The position numbers were made by a program, and so were the translations under genes. Below the pieces are notes generated by a model. That model did no database searches. It was not told where the DNA came from and saw only the letters and a program-made list of their open reading frames with translations. Below are positions 12,501-28,033 of a DNA stretch of 64,000 nt, in pieces. The number at the start of each line of letters is the position of its first letter. Within the stretch, counting starts at the first letter, position 1. The stretch comes from Piromyces finnis finn (taxonomy: Eukaryota; Fungi; Neocallimastigomycota): contig MCFH01000038.1 of assembly GCA_002104945.1 (NCBI GenBank), positions 310,001 to 374,000 on the forward strand, given 5' to 3'.

Positions 12501-15500
12501 TTCTTTTAAATGATCTTGATGAATATGAACAAAATTTCAGTGATAATAATCATAAAATTGATAAAAAAACCATTTTACGTATGGTTCGTGTGTTAGAGAA
12601 GGAGGAAGCATTAAAAATATTGGTAGTTCAATTACCGACCCTTTACGGTGAGTTCATTAATAAAACACTTATTCTTCATCAAAAAGTACCAACAGATAGT
12701 GAAGAGGTAAAACATTTTATTGATTCAATGAGGGATAAAAATGTATTGAATACAGGTAAATTGAAGCAACACAAAGTTAAATTTGCTGATTCTATTGAAA
12801 TGGAAAATTTAGATGACTTAAAGAAAAGAATACAATTTCAGCAAAAACCCGGTACAAATAAAGATAATAACCAGAAACTAAAATCCACAATGGATGATGA
12901 ATCAAAAGAAAAAGAAGAGTCAACAAATAAAGAAAATAAAGAAAATCATGAAGAAGAAAATAATAATTCTTCTTCTAATACCACCTCATCTACTAAAATC
13001 AAGTCAGAAAACCAAAGTAACACAATTTTGTGGAATTGTATTGCACAAAATTATGGATGGATTACTGCAAAGATGATTCGTGTTAAAATACTTCATTTAC
13101 ATATTTTAAAGTGTATATTGAAATCTAAAAACTTAAACGAATTAGATAAAAGTCAAAAATATTATCCATTTGAAACTACTCTAATCATAAAAGAAATGAC
13201 ACTTGATTTATATCTAAAAATTATTGGTCAATTATCAGTTTCACCGGAACTTGATAATTTTCTTCGCATTCCAGATAGTAAAAAGAGAACAATTTTAGAA
13301 CTTCCAAAAAATATTAGATATATCTTTTTCGGTGGAAAAATGCGTTTTCGTAGAATTTTAAAAACCACATTGGAAATTCTTATTGCATTAAAATTAATTA
13401 AACCTATTAATGAAAAGGGGGAAGAAATTGAAGTAAACAATCAGCACTATGTACCACAAGATACTTTATGTCATCAATACAACTTTTATATATCAGTTCC
13501 ATTATATGATTACGCAATTAGAGAATTAACATTCATCAAGCGATTTAATATTTATAATTTCGATGAATTAAATAATTATTGGATACAACTTCAATGTATT
13601 TGTCAACAACGTGATCCAGATATTTTTAGTAAAAATTTAGAAACTACAACTGAAAATAAAAATACAAATGAGGAAAAGAGTGGTGAGGAACCAGTATCTA
13701 GTACTGAGGGTGATAAAACAAAAGAAAATCATGAAGAAAATCATCTAGAAGAATTAACAAATGATGAAGAAAATGATAATGATAAAACTAATCTATCTCG
13801 TAAACGTATTCATTACAGTAAGACTGTTTTTGAAGCTTCTCATCCTTTAGCCTATCTCACAAATATAAGAAATTGGCAGATATCTATTTCATGTACTGCT
13901 TCCCAAAAACTTATATTGGATACTTATATTAATAAGCAAAAAGGAATAACACCGCTAAATAACAATGCTCTCTGTAAAGAAATTGCAGCAAAAATAGGTG
14001 TGTCAGAAATTAGAGTTAAATCTTACTTTACCAGATATGAACTAAAGTATAGAAAGAAAAAGTTATCCCTTATTAATTATAGAAATGGCGTTTCCCATAA
14101 AGGTAGTCGTCGTAATCGTTCTCGTATAAAAAAGACAAGGAAAATGGGAAGTAGTAGTATTCCAAGTGGCAATAGTAGTAACTATGGTAATGGAAGTAAT
14201 CATAGTTTAAGTAGTTCTTGTAATAAAGATTCAAATGAATTAATGAGAGGTAGACCATCCTTTAGGGATAATATACTAGATCATAGTAGTTTTAAAACAG
14301 GCATTAAGAGAAAGAATAGTTATTCCAACAAATATACCCAGTCATATAATGATAACGATTTGAATTCTCTTCCAGTGATTGGTGATATTGAGAAATATAA
14401 AAGTCAATATGAAGCAAATAATAAGAGAAAACGTCCAAATTGGACAGCATCGGAAGACGAAATTCTTATTCATGCTTATGTTATTTCAAAGCATAGAGCG
14501 GATAAAGCAAAACTTCTTTGGACTCCTATTTCTCTTCTCTTCCCTAATAGAACTCGTGAACTTTGTCGTAGAAGAATTAATGTTCTTCTTAAAAATATTT
14601 ATATACAAGAAAAAATTAGACAACTTTATATTCAATGGAAAAGTATTTATAGTATTCAATTAAAAAAAAATAAACAAAAGGATGAATATCAACAGCATTC
14701 TACCATATTAAATAGTATAGAAAGTGTTGATACTAAAGATACTACAACCATCATAACCCCTGAAAATCCACTAATAGATACAAATGCTGAAGCTATCTCA
14801 GCTATTACTGTAGCTTCAACTACAGCAACATCAGACACTTCAGTCACAACAGTAATAGAAACTGAAGCAACTACTTCAGTAATGGAAGTTGATGATACCA
14901 ACCAATCAATGACTACCCAATCAACTCAACCAAATACTGAAAATATCACTAATATCAATGATAATTCTGTTGAAAGTAATCCTATTAGTCCAATATCACC
15001 AGCAACATTAAAAGATTCTGATGACTATCTTGATCTTCAATTAAATAAAGATTTAAGTGACATTAATTTAAAACCATTAGTTGATTATTTCATGAAACAT
15101 GTTAATATTCAGGAACCAACAAAAATTGCTGATAAATATATACCATTACCAGATAGTATTCAACAAGTTCAAGCCTTATTTAATATAAAATCTACTGTAT
15201 CCTCCTATAATGATAGTGAAACATGTTTAGAAGATATATTAGAAGAATTATCTAGTCTTAGAGCTAAACTCTATGCATTATATTGTAGACCATTAACAGT
15301 TAATGCTTTTAAGCAAGATATTATAGATAATTGTATAAATGAGGATAATTTAATGATGATGGATAATGAAGAATCTGAAAAGATTAAAGCTCTTATTAAA
15401 ATGATTTTAATGACACCAAAAGAGCAATACAGTTCAACACAAGCCTTTTCTGTTCTTAATTCCTTTTCGCAAGAAGAAATAATATTAGCCATTCAAAAGG

Positions 15501-17240
15501 CTAAAAATGAAAGCATGTTAGTAAAGGTTAAAGGTTTTACTGATCGTCGTGTACCTGGAAGAGGTTTTCATCTTTCAGACAAATTCCTTTCCTCTCTTTC
15601 CAAACGACTCCCTGAAAATTTAATATACCAAGCAGCACTTTATGAACATGACTTAAGAGTTGCTTTAAATGATTCTCCTAAAGGTTATGTTGTTTTCCCA
15701 CCATTAATTGATGGTGGTGGTATGGCAAGTTTGATTGATTTATTATCATCAGGAAAAATAGAATTAAAACCAATTTTCAAAGATCATAATAAGCATCACG
15801 ATTTTGATATATGGATTAGAAAATCGGATCATTCAAACGAATTAAATACTTTTAAAAGAAGATTAACAAATGAAATTGATGAAAATAATGATGATATTTC
15901 AACAAAAGAAAATGAAGATTCTTCCTCATTAAATAAGGAAGATAATGAAATCGGTACTTCTTCGCTCCCCGGAAAACAAGTAAAATTAATTGAAGATAAA
16001 AATAATAAGAATGACAAATTAAATAGTAGTAATAAATCACCTAAAAAAATAAAGAAATCGGTATTTTCAGAAGAAAAATCTAAGGAATTAACAAAAGATT
16101 CAATAAAGAAAACTAGTTCAGTTCAAGAAAAGCCAGGTACAGATGAAAAGAATTCAACAAAACAAGCGGTTCCAAGTAAAAAAGAAAAGCATACGTTTAC
16201 TGGTTCTTCTAATAACTATCAGTCTTTAGAGGAGCGTTATAAAGATTTTAATGCTCAAGATTTCATTAAAAAGAACCTTTGCCATCTTAAAATGTTTAAT
16301 GTGTCCACAATATATAAAATATATCAATGTATTGAAGAAAAGAAGACAAAAGGTATCACTTTAAATAAAATTAAAGCAAAGCTCGCAGACATTTTAGAAG
16401 ATACCACGGAATTCGATTTAAGAACCCTCCTTAATCAAATGATAAAATGTTTTGTTGATAAAAGTAATAATATTTCATTGATCATTCCAGCAGGTTTTAA
16501 GATTCGTAGATATGTTGCTTTTAAGTACATAATGCCTTGGATACTTCCTCAACATTATTTAGAAATGAATGAGGAAGAAAATAATTATGTAGAATTAAAT
16601 GAATTTTCAAATCATAAAAAATGTAATCCACTTTATTCTCCATTTAAAATGTGGTATAATTTGGATGGTGAAATTGTTAAATCCATTCTCAAAGATTGTC
16701 TTGAAACAGTTTTAAGTTGTATTGTTCAAAATCCTGGTATATATGAGGTAGAAATAATATATATATATATATATATTTTTTTTTTCGTTTATATTTTATA
16801 TAATATATAAAAGTATAATAATAATCAAACTCATCCTTTTATAAAATTTCATAATTTATATTATAATATTATAATATATATTTAATAGTCAAGGCTTTTC
16901 CAAAAATTTTCTATAAGTATGACAAAATGTGAATTACAAGATTTACTTGAAATGCTTCTTGAAAAGAATATAATTAGAAGTAAAACCATTATTAAACCAA
17001 AAAAACCATCCATTTTCGATTTTGACGACTCTTCTAATTTTGATTATATTGATTATGGTAAATATATACTACCTAATAATTCATGAATATATTCAAATAT
17101 CATATAATATATATATTAATTATCTTTTTAATATTTTATTAAAATTAAAAAAAAAAAAAAAAAAAAAAATAGATGGTAAAAATTTAAATTCCAATAAAAT
17201 TACTTGCTATTTCCCAAACAATAATTGGTATAGAATATAA
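9515..17240 (+). CDS. TFC3: RNA polymerase III transcription factor IIIC large (B-box-binding) subunit tau138/Sfc3/GTF3C1
   Basis: The N-terminus MDNILKYCIPEISLEGGRG|CTIKRFW is Sfc3-like. A B-block winged-helix segment follows (QYLVLEAIAKNRSKGITQNDIAKKLDMDPRSLFHCLKILMDFKL), then further winged helices (DLPLEYQVYRIIALSGEKGITANNI). The 4.2-kb exon 12581-16747 has a Myb-like RPNWTASEDEILI segment, and the C-terminus reads ILSCIVQNPGI...NNWYRI*. Some internal exon borders are approximate. Confidence 0.85.
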
Positions 17241-18004
17241 TTTTTTTCATTTTTAAAAAATTTCATATTATTTCAGATACATAATAAAAGTTTTTTCAAA
17301 CACATTATTATTGTTATTATTATATTTTATATAATAAATCAAACGTTTATTTTCAATCCTTAATTTTATATTTTCAACCAATATTTAAAGTAGTCATTAA
17401 TTTATTAATTAATTACAATTTTATAAATAAACATTTTTAAAAAAATACAAGAATACATTTTAAAATGGTTAAAGAAATTGAAAATAAAATTATTTATTAT
17501 TGTTATTATTATTTGATTAAATATAATATTGAATATAATAATTAATCATAATTAAAATTATCATTTATATAAATGTATAAATATTTTTTTTTATTTTTAT
17601 TTTTATTTTTTATTTTATTTTACTAATTTATAAAAAAAAAATATTAAAAAGGATAGTAATTATTATGAATTATATAAATATATATATATATATATTAACA
17701 TATTTAACATTTTAAATTTTCATTAAAATATTTTTTATTTCGTTTCTTTTTATAGTATTAATATATACAAATAAAATTTAATGTTAATAGTTTTAGTTTT
17801 TTTTTTTTTTTAGTGTTAATATTGGGTATTTTAAAAGTAAATTAAAATTAAATAAGTAAATAAATAATAAATAAATAAATAAAGTAAAATAAAATAATAA
17901 TAATAAATAAATAAATAAATAAAAAAAAAAAAACATATAAAATATGATGATATATAAAAAAAATAGATAGAATATGTATATATATTTTATATAAATATTA
18001 AACA

Positions 18005-21000
18005 TTAATGGCTTTCTTCCTTTTTATGGAAATTCTTATTATTTTCTTTTTCATTTTTATTTTCTTCTTTTATTTCGTTAATATTCATATTATTTGTACT
18101 ATTGGTATCAGAATTTTTTGGTTTTGTATCAGATATATTATATTGTAATGGTATAATTTCTCTTGTGGTTATTATAACAGCTGGCCTTGGTGGAGGTGAT
18201 GCTGATTTTTCTGTGGATAATCCGGATGAAAGTTCTACTTCTCTTTGATTTACTTCTTTAATGATTTCTTTATCTTTATCCTGATTAATAATAATTTCTT
18301 GTTTTTGTAATGATTCATTTGTCGTTGATAAATTAGAATTCATTAATTTACCTTCATCGTTTTTATTAGTGTCGATGGATAAATTATTCAGAGAATGTTT
18401 CTTTAAAACTTTTTTAATATTAGAGATTTCATTTTCAAGATATTCTTGACTTTCTTTAATTGATTGTGTTGCCTTCTTCAAAAAAGTATTCATTGATTCT
18501 TCTGAAGGTAACTTCTCTACTTTTTCTTGTAAAAAGTCTAATTCTAATTTAATTGATTTAGTTGAAGATGAATCTATGTCCCTTTTATTTAACACTTCAT
18601 CAATAGATCTCTGTTTTTCCTTATTCTCATTAATATAATTTTCAATTATAACAATTTGTTTATTTATTTTATGTAAATTTTCTTCCATATCAATTTTAAA
18701 TTGTTTTGATTGTTTCTTTGTATCGTTGTTATTCTCTTCTAATTGATCTTCTAACTTTTTAATTTGTATTTCAAGGTTGATTTCACGACTACGATAATCT
18801 TGTCGTACCTGTTCATACATTGATGTTAAATCTTTATATTCATTTTCAAGTTTCAATAAACAATCTTGGCATTCCCTTTTAGATATTTTTAAATCATTTG
18901 TCTGCTTCAACTTTTCAACAGATTCATTGATGGAATTTAATAATTTGGTTTGATTTGCTGATATTTTCTCATTTTCACTTAATCCTTTTTTGTGGGTGGT
19001 GACAGATTCCTTTATTTTTTCAATATCATCTTTTATTTTTTGGATTACGCCTTGCTGAGTTTGATGAACATTAAGTGTATTATTATAATTGTTTACACAA
19101 CAATCAATCTTCTTAGTTAATTCATTATAATTATTTGTTAAATTTGTAACTAAATTGGAATCTATTACTTCTAAAGAGTGATTCATTCGATCAATCATTT
19201 GGTTTATTTCTACTGTATTATTATTGAAATATTTATTTGAATTATCAATTTTATCAATTAATTCTTGATATTCATACTGAGAAATATACGTTGTTTTTGC
19301 TTTAGCTAAATCTTCTTCTATTTTATGAAGTTGATCAGCAACATTTATATGTACTGTATTAAGTTCCTTTTCCAATAAATTTTGATGATCATTAATAATT
19401 TTCTTCATCTCTTGTATTTGAGTTTCAGTGGATTGATTCATTTGACCAATAATTTCGTCAATATCCTTTTTATTAATAAATGATTTGAAATTTTCTTTGT
19501 AAGCCTCTAATATTTGATCTATCTGAATATATTTAAACTTAAATTTATTTTCTATGTCGGAAACCGATTTTTTCTGTTCTTCACCTACCAATGAAAATTT
19601 ATTTTCGATTTCTTGATATTTCTCTTTTAATTCATTAATCATTGAATTCATTTCTTTTGTCCTTGATGTGTTGCTTTCTTTTTCATTAGCTTCAAATTCT
19701 TGTATCATTTTACTTAGTTCACGAGAATTGGATTGATGCGCTTCTTCTTGATTATTAACTTTACTGAAAAGTTGAACAATTTTATAATTAATTTCCTCTA
19801 TAATATTATCTTTAGCTGTGAGTTGCTTTTTTATATCTTCTTCATAATTTTGAAAAGTTTCATCCAATTTTGCATTGTATGTTACTTTGAACATATTAAT
19901 ATCATGATTACATTGCTTTTCTAATTCCTTGAATTTTTCTGACATTTTTGAAATGAAAGAAGTTTTATCTTCTTCGCTTTTTTTGTGTCCTTCCTCCGTT
20001 TCCGATAACTTTATTAATATTTCTTTTACTTTTTGTTGAAGAGAATTTGTCAATTTTGATTCAACATCAACCATACTTTTTTTATAATCAGACACTTGAT
20101 ATGTTTGTTGTTTTATTATTCCTTCCAGTTTTTCTTTAAAAAGATTAGTTATTGAAGCAATTTTTTGCGCCATTTCAGTAATTTTTTGTTGTTCCTGAAG
20201 ATGTTTTTCATTAAATTTAGATGTAAGAATTTCATAGGACTGATCAATATATTGACGAAGTTGGACATCTTTTTCTTTAAGTGTTGTATCCACAACACTT
20301 TGTGTTGATATTATTGATTCTTTTAATGAATTCGTTTCTAATACTTCCTTTTCTTCAATCTTTCTAATAATATCAGATAATGTATTTATATTTTTCTTTA
20401 GATCATTAATAGTATTAATTTGTATAGATTTTTCTGTTTGTAGATCTTCCTTAAAACAATTAAGCTTACTATGGTAAGATTTTTCATTATTTTTAAACAT
20501 AGCATTTAATTCTTCCTGAAAATTTTCAAATTTTTTTTCGATATTTAATTGATTTGTTTCCATATCTTGTTTAAGTTTTTGTAGTTGAAACTCAACATTT
20601 TTTTCAAGACCATCCAGTCGTTTTTTCATAGTATTAAATTGACCTTGAATATACTCTATTGAACTGTCATGTTCGGAAATTTTTGTATTAAGATTTTGAA
20701 TGTAGTTTTCTACATTATGAAGTGAATTCTGTATCATTTGTAATTGATCTGCCTGTTCATTACGCCAAGTAAGATCTAAATTTTTTTGTTTTTCGGTATA
20801 GCTATAAATCAACTGAATGATTTTTGATTCTCCTTTTTCAATTCTTTCTAATAAATGGTTTTTAATTTCATTAACATGGAGTGTACTTTCCTCACATCGA
20901 TTATTCAAATTTTCAACTATTTTAGAGTTATTATCATATAATTGTTGAAGTTTATCTATTTTAACTAATATATGAGATATAGGGATATTTTCAATATGCA

Positions 21001-21489
21001 CGTCCTCTATTTTTTTACTTCGTAGATAATCATTTGATAATAATAATCCTGAATCATTTATTATATTGGTTTTAGTAGGATTATTATAATATTTTAGATT
21101 TTGAAAACTATTATTACTATCATTAATAATACTATTATTATTTAATGTTGTTAAACTACTATTCGTGATATTACTATTATTTTGGTTAAATAGAGTATTT
21201 ATTGAACGATTATTACTATTTGATAATAAATTTGAATTTACATTTATGCTATTTTTTAAATTAGATAAAAGTGGATCATCCAAAAATAAATTATATTTGT
21301 TAGAATTATTGAATTCATTTCCCCTCTATATTAAACATATATATAAATTTATATATATTAAAAAAAAGAACAATAAAGTATTAAATATTAATCTATGGAT
21401 TTATATAAATGAATAGATGTAATAAGTTTTGTTTAGTAATTTTTAAATTAAAATATTTTTTTTTATTACACTTTTGGTATTATAAAATA

Positions 21490-21528
<39 letters not shown>

Positions 21529-21821
21529 TATTGTTCTCTTTTTGACTATCCAAAAAAAATTTTTTTGCTTCTTCTAATTCAAATTGCTTTTCTTTTAATT
21601 TTCTATAGGATAAATGAAAAAAAGAAATAATAATATCAATAATATTAATCTATCAAAATGTTTTTTAAAAAAAAATCACTGTTGTATTTTCAGTTTATTC
21701 CTTATTTTTTTAATAATAACCTTTCTTTAATTTCTTCATTTTGTTGTTTTAAAAGTTCACCATATTTTCTTGCTTCAATAGCTTTTTTATTTTCTCTTTT
21801 TTGAATGGCATCCCAATCCAT
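18005..21821 (-). CDS. Large coiled-coil protein (~1200 aa), function unknown
   Basis: The 1092-aa ORF has heptad E/K/Q/N-rich composition. It extends 5' through two short exons: ~21821-21720 (MDWDAIQKEKNKKAIEARKYGELLKQQNEEIKER) and ~21607-21472 (KLKEKQFELEEAKK...poly-N), joining at a TAG acceptor near 21327 (RGNEFNNSNKYNLFLDDPLL). Confidence 0.75.
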
Positions 21822-22520
21822 AGTATTAGAAATAATCCTGTTAAAAAAATTTTTTTCTAAATGTTATATAATTATATTTATCATCTATTTGTATTGTATT
21901 GTTTTTTTTTTTTTTCCTCTTTTAATCTATTATCATTTATATATATTCAAATTTTTAATATAATTAATATTTAATATTTTACTATTAAAATTCTTTATAT
22001 TATTTATATAATTTCTAAAAATAGAACATTTAATATTATTTATTATTATAAAAATTAAATATATATAATATTATTTAAAATAAAAAATAGAAATGTAACA
22101 CTATTATATTTTGAAAAGAAATCATTATTTGTGAATATTTAAGTTTTTAAATAGAGGAAATAAAAAGTGATAAAAAAAAAAAGTATTAAATAAAAAAAAA
22201 AAAGAAAAAATTCATAACCCAAAAATCAAAATATAATTTGAAAAAACTATAAATAAACACCTAAACTTTATAATTTTCTTTTTACATTCAAAAATAATTC
22301 AAAAAAAAAAAAAAAAGGATGTTTATAATTGTGAATATTTTTAAATAGAAAATGAATATACTTATATTAGTTTTATTATCAAGTATAATCTAAAATGTAA
22401 AAGGATGCTATAAATGATATAATTAATTTAATTATGCAATAAAACAAAACAAAACAAAATGAAATTAGAATTCCTTTTTGACTTATATTTTTATTTTTTA
22501 TTTTTTTTTTTCTTTTATTA

Positions 22521-22754
<234 letters not shown>

Positions 22755-22813
22755 CATGATTATTTTTTAAATTCATTCTATTTATAAAAACACATTTTTA
22801 ATATCTATTATTA

Positions 22814-23247
22814 TTATTTAAATAAATATTTTAAATCAGCTAAACGTCGATTCGAAATTTCTTCTTTGGTTAATTTTTTATTTCTATTAAACGTTACACT
22901 AAACGTTGTCTTTTTACTATCTTGTAAACGAACAAGATTTTCTTCAATTGTATTCTATATTTTTTTAAATTGTTAAAATAAAAGTAAAAAATAAAAATAA
23001 AAAAAAACTTAATAAATATTAATATTTTTCAAAATTCATTATATAAAAATAGTAAATAATTTACCTCAATAATATAGTGATATACAAATACAGGTTTTGT
23101 TTGACCTAATCTATGAACTCTATCAATAGCTTGATTCTATTTTAATTTTAATAATATTTTATTATTATTAAAAATGAATATATATAATTTAAATAAATAT
23201 TTAAAAAAAATTATTAGTATTAAATATGAATTTAATGAACAACTCAA

Positions 23248-23317
<70 letters not shown>

Positions 23318-24384
23318 TATGTTTACTAACTTCTGCTGCTGGATTAAAATGAGGTTCAAATAAATAGACCCTGGATGCATTAGTCAATGTTAAACCAAGA
23401 CCACCAGCTTTTAAAGAAATTAACATAACGGGTATATTAGGATCATTTTTAAACTTTTCTATGGATTCATTACGTTTTATTCTTGACATTTGACCATCTA
23501 ATCTTACATAGTTTATATTAACTTTTTTTAAAGGTCTCTAAATTTTTTTAATAATACAAAATTTATTAATAATAATAATAATAAATAATTAATTAATCAA
23601 TTAATAAATAAAATATTTATTATAATTAAAAAATATAATATATATATAAACTTACATCTAATAAATCAAAAACTTTTGTCCATTGAGAAAATACTATACT
23701 TTTTTCATTCATTTGACGATCTCTTAAAAGATCATTCAAAAGTCTATTCACTTTTACATTAACATTATCAGAATCTTCTTCATTTAAATAAAATTCTGTT
23801 GTTTTTGATTCTATTTTGGGTATAATAATTGATTGATCTTTTCTAATATTCTTTTGACATTCAAAACATATAAAGGTAACTTTATCTTTTAAACATTCAA
23901 CACAGTATAAATGACCACATGTAGTGATATAACCTCTTCTATCTAAATTATCAACATCATAACCACAAATTAAACATTGATTTTCTGCTGATTCCTTCAA
24001 AATATTGTAAATTTCCAATGCTTTGTTTTCATCAATAAAATTATTATTTTCAAGTATTTCTCCTGTAAAATCTTTTCATATTAAAAAAAAAAAAAAATAG
24101 AAAGAGAGGAAAATTAAATAAATTTAGTTTTTTTTTTACAACTTATTTCATTTCATTATTTGTTTTTAAATTACCATTAATGTAGGTTAAGTCCTTATCA
24201 GAACATAAAGACAAATGGGTGGCAATTTGTCTCAATCTTAAAATAATTTCTAAAATATATACATAATGTTTTTTCTATATCATAAATAAAAATTAGAAAT
24301 ATACTCTTTTTCATTTATTTATTATAATTTATTATACCAATATATCATATTTATTCTGAAATAAAATAAAATAAAATAAAATAA

Positions 24385-24458
<74 letters not shown>

Positions 24459-25573
24459 AAACAATATAATACATACCCAAATACCTTTATTTACCAAATT
24501 ATCAAAAATAATTTTTCCTTGTTTAAATACACTTGAATACACTTTTCTGGCTTCTGGACTTAATTGTAATCTAACATATTCAATGCTTTTTGATGGTAAT
24601 TCGACTAATTTTTTACCATTATATGTTGATTCTTTAGTTCTTCGAATAGCAATAGATTTCATCAATGTTTGTAAACTAGTAATACCAATTTTATCAAAAT
24701 TACGCATTGGCTTACTGAAATAATTTGAAAACTTGCTCTTTTTATTAAATGGTTCTAATCCTAAAAATTTTATTATACCATATAAATCATCAACCTTATT
24801 TTGCATCGGTGTACCACTATATATATATATTATATAATATTATATTAATAAAGAACAAAATCACTTTTAAATACTTGGAATTTTTATTTTTATACCTTAA
24901 ACACCATCTTCTTTTTCCCTTTAATTCGCATGCTGCCCTTGCTTGAAGGGTCTGAGATTCTTTTATATAATGAGCTTCATCCTAAAAATATATATATATA
25001 GTATATAATGTTTCACTTTATATTAATATTTATGTATCCTTATTAAACTAAAATATAATAATAATAATAATAAATTACCAAAATAATTCTGAACCATTCA
25101 ATCTTATGAAGAGGAGCACAATAGTTTTCATTATTTTTTTCCTTTAAAATGACATAAAAATAATATTAATATAAATGATGTACAAATAATATATATGTTT
25201 TGAATATATTATATAATATAAACTAGTTACAAAAAAAAAAAAAAAATTGCTTTGATTAAAAAAAAAAAATAAATTTTATTTTTTCATTATATTTACCTTG
25301 TTATATTCAATGGCTAAAACATTATAGGTAGAAATTACAATATCATAATTAGCAAGAATATTTGGATCTTTTAAACGATGAGTACCATGATGAATATAAA
25401 CTTTTAAAATGCCAGCTCCAATATGTGTATTTATTTGTTCATCCCAATTAGATATTACGGATAATGGAGAAATAATTAATGTTGCTTTTGTATTAATGTA
25501 ACTCTTATTAAATTTAGTTACTATTGAAATTATATATATTTTAATATTTTTACTTTAGTTTCTTGACTATTTC

Positions 25574-25605
<32 letters not shown>

Positions 25606-27945
25606 TAATAATAATAATAAAAATAATAATATAAACTAAAGAAAAATTACCACCAAGACTTGTGGTTGTTGATATAATTTCTAAATCAGAATCATCTTCA
25701 TTTAAATAATCTTCAGAAAAATCTACATCAGGTATAGCCTTAGGATCACTATTTTTACTTGTGACTTCATTATAATAATTCATAATTAAACATAACATTT
25801 GAAACGTCTTACCAAGACCTTTATATAATAAATAATAAAGAGAATAATAATAATAAATATTTTTATAAATATCTTTCTCATTAATTTTCCAAAATATTAT
25901 AATATTTTAAAATATACCCATATCATCTGCAATTATGCCTTTTAATAAATATATATTGATATGTATTATGATATAAATAAGGATATATAATAAAAAAAAT
26001 TAATTCATATATATATATATTAAAATTAAATGAATCCTTTTTAAATATATGTAACAATACAACAAAATAAGAATTAATGTGTATATAGTGTTACCTCCTT
26101 GAACTTTTTTTGGCATTCTCTTCTCAACTTCTTTTGTAATTACATTAACGTATTCTGGAGGATAACCTTTTAATTTATTTTCTCTTAATTGCCATAAAGA
26201 ATCAGTTTTAAAATAATTTTCATCTGGTTCCTTTTCTCTTTGTACCATAAAATAAAGAGCTTGTTTTTGATATCTATATAATGGAGTTTTAATTAATTTA
26301 TTTGGTTCATGTTCTGGAAGTTCATCGATAGATTTCAATGTATCAAAAACTTTATCAATTTGATCTTTCATAGTTTGATAGGTATTTACATGGTCATTAG
26401 ATGATGATGATGATGATGAATTATTAAATAATAAATTTGGCGATTTAAAATTATTAATAAAAGGTATATCACCAAATCCACTGACTGGGTTATAATATAT
26501 CATACCGGGAGGTACAGGAATGAGTGGTATAGAAATATTTACTTTGTTTTTATATAAAAGTGGACCTAGAACTTTTGCTATACTTTTACATCCAAATAAT
26601 GTTATTGTAATTCTAAGAGTATTAGGAGAATGCTAAATTTAAAATTTTTATGAATAATAATAATAAAAAAAAAATTTCATACAAATTAATAAAATTATTA
26701 AAATAAAATTATTGTAATGATTTATTGGTTATATATATATATATATCACATAGTATTTACTAAAAAGATAATAAATATATATATATATATCACATAGTAT
26801 TTACTAAAAAGATAATAAATATATATATATTTATAATAGTTTTATGTTTTACCATTTTCAAGGTTCGCGGTATTATAGCATCATACCTTAAGCGTGGTAT
26901 AACTGGATATAAGCATTCACTAACAGTTTGTTCCAAAACTCCAACCGCTATGGGCTTATTCTTTTCTATTAAAACATGAAGATCTATCATAATATAATAA
27001 AATATAAATAGATAGATAGATAGATATAATTTGAAAATTAAAAAATGGCCGATAAAGTATTTCGCTAAAAATTACAATAAACAATTTTAATAGTAATCTC
27101 TAGTAAATATCATACGATTCTTATATGGATAGAGCATAACACGCATTTCATTTTCTATAGTGGAAAACATTGGATTTTTTACACAATGAACTAAAGTAGT
27201 TATTGAACCAAAACAATAAGTTGGTTCCTTAACTTTTTGATAATTATCTGATGTTAAATCAATCACCTCTATAAAATGTGATAAAAAAGCATTTATATAT
27301 TTATATAATCATTATTATATATTTTCATAATAAAATAGTATTATTTTAAATATATATTCAAAACAAGAGTATAGTTTATATATAATAAAAAATGAAAATT
27401 TTTAAATTTGTATTGTTAGTGATAATAGTTAATATAAATACATGACATAATGTTGTATGTACTATAACTTACCCACAACATCATTATTATTTGTGTTTTT
27501 TGTCATCGGTTGACTCTGTATAATCATAGAATTATATACAGCTGTTTGATTGAAATTTTCTAAATGAGGACGTTTATTTGAATTATGAGTTGGTGTACTA
27601 CTTATAATTTTTACATCATCATCATTTGTTAAATCAATAACATCATTAAAGGTCTTTTTCCCATTTTCATTAATATCTATAACAAGAGTACATGTATTAC
27701 ACATATTAAATAATTAATATTATTGTATATAAATGTATTAAAAAAAAAATAAAAGCAATACATAGAAATAAAAAGTTAATGTATGAGTGAGTGTATATTT
27801 TAAATAAATGATTTATAATAAATTTAAATATAAATTCAAAATACACTACTTGTTATAGATGAATTAGGATTTGATTTTACGGGTGTTCTATCTGATATAA
27901 TTATGGTATCTTTGGGTATATTAACATCAGCTATTATGAATTGAC

Positions 27946-28033
<88 letters not shown>

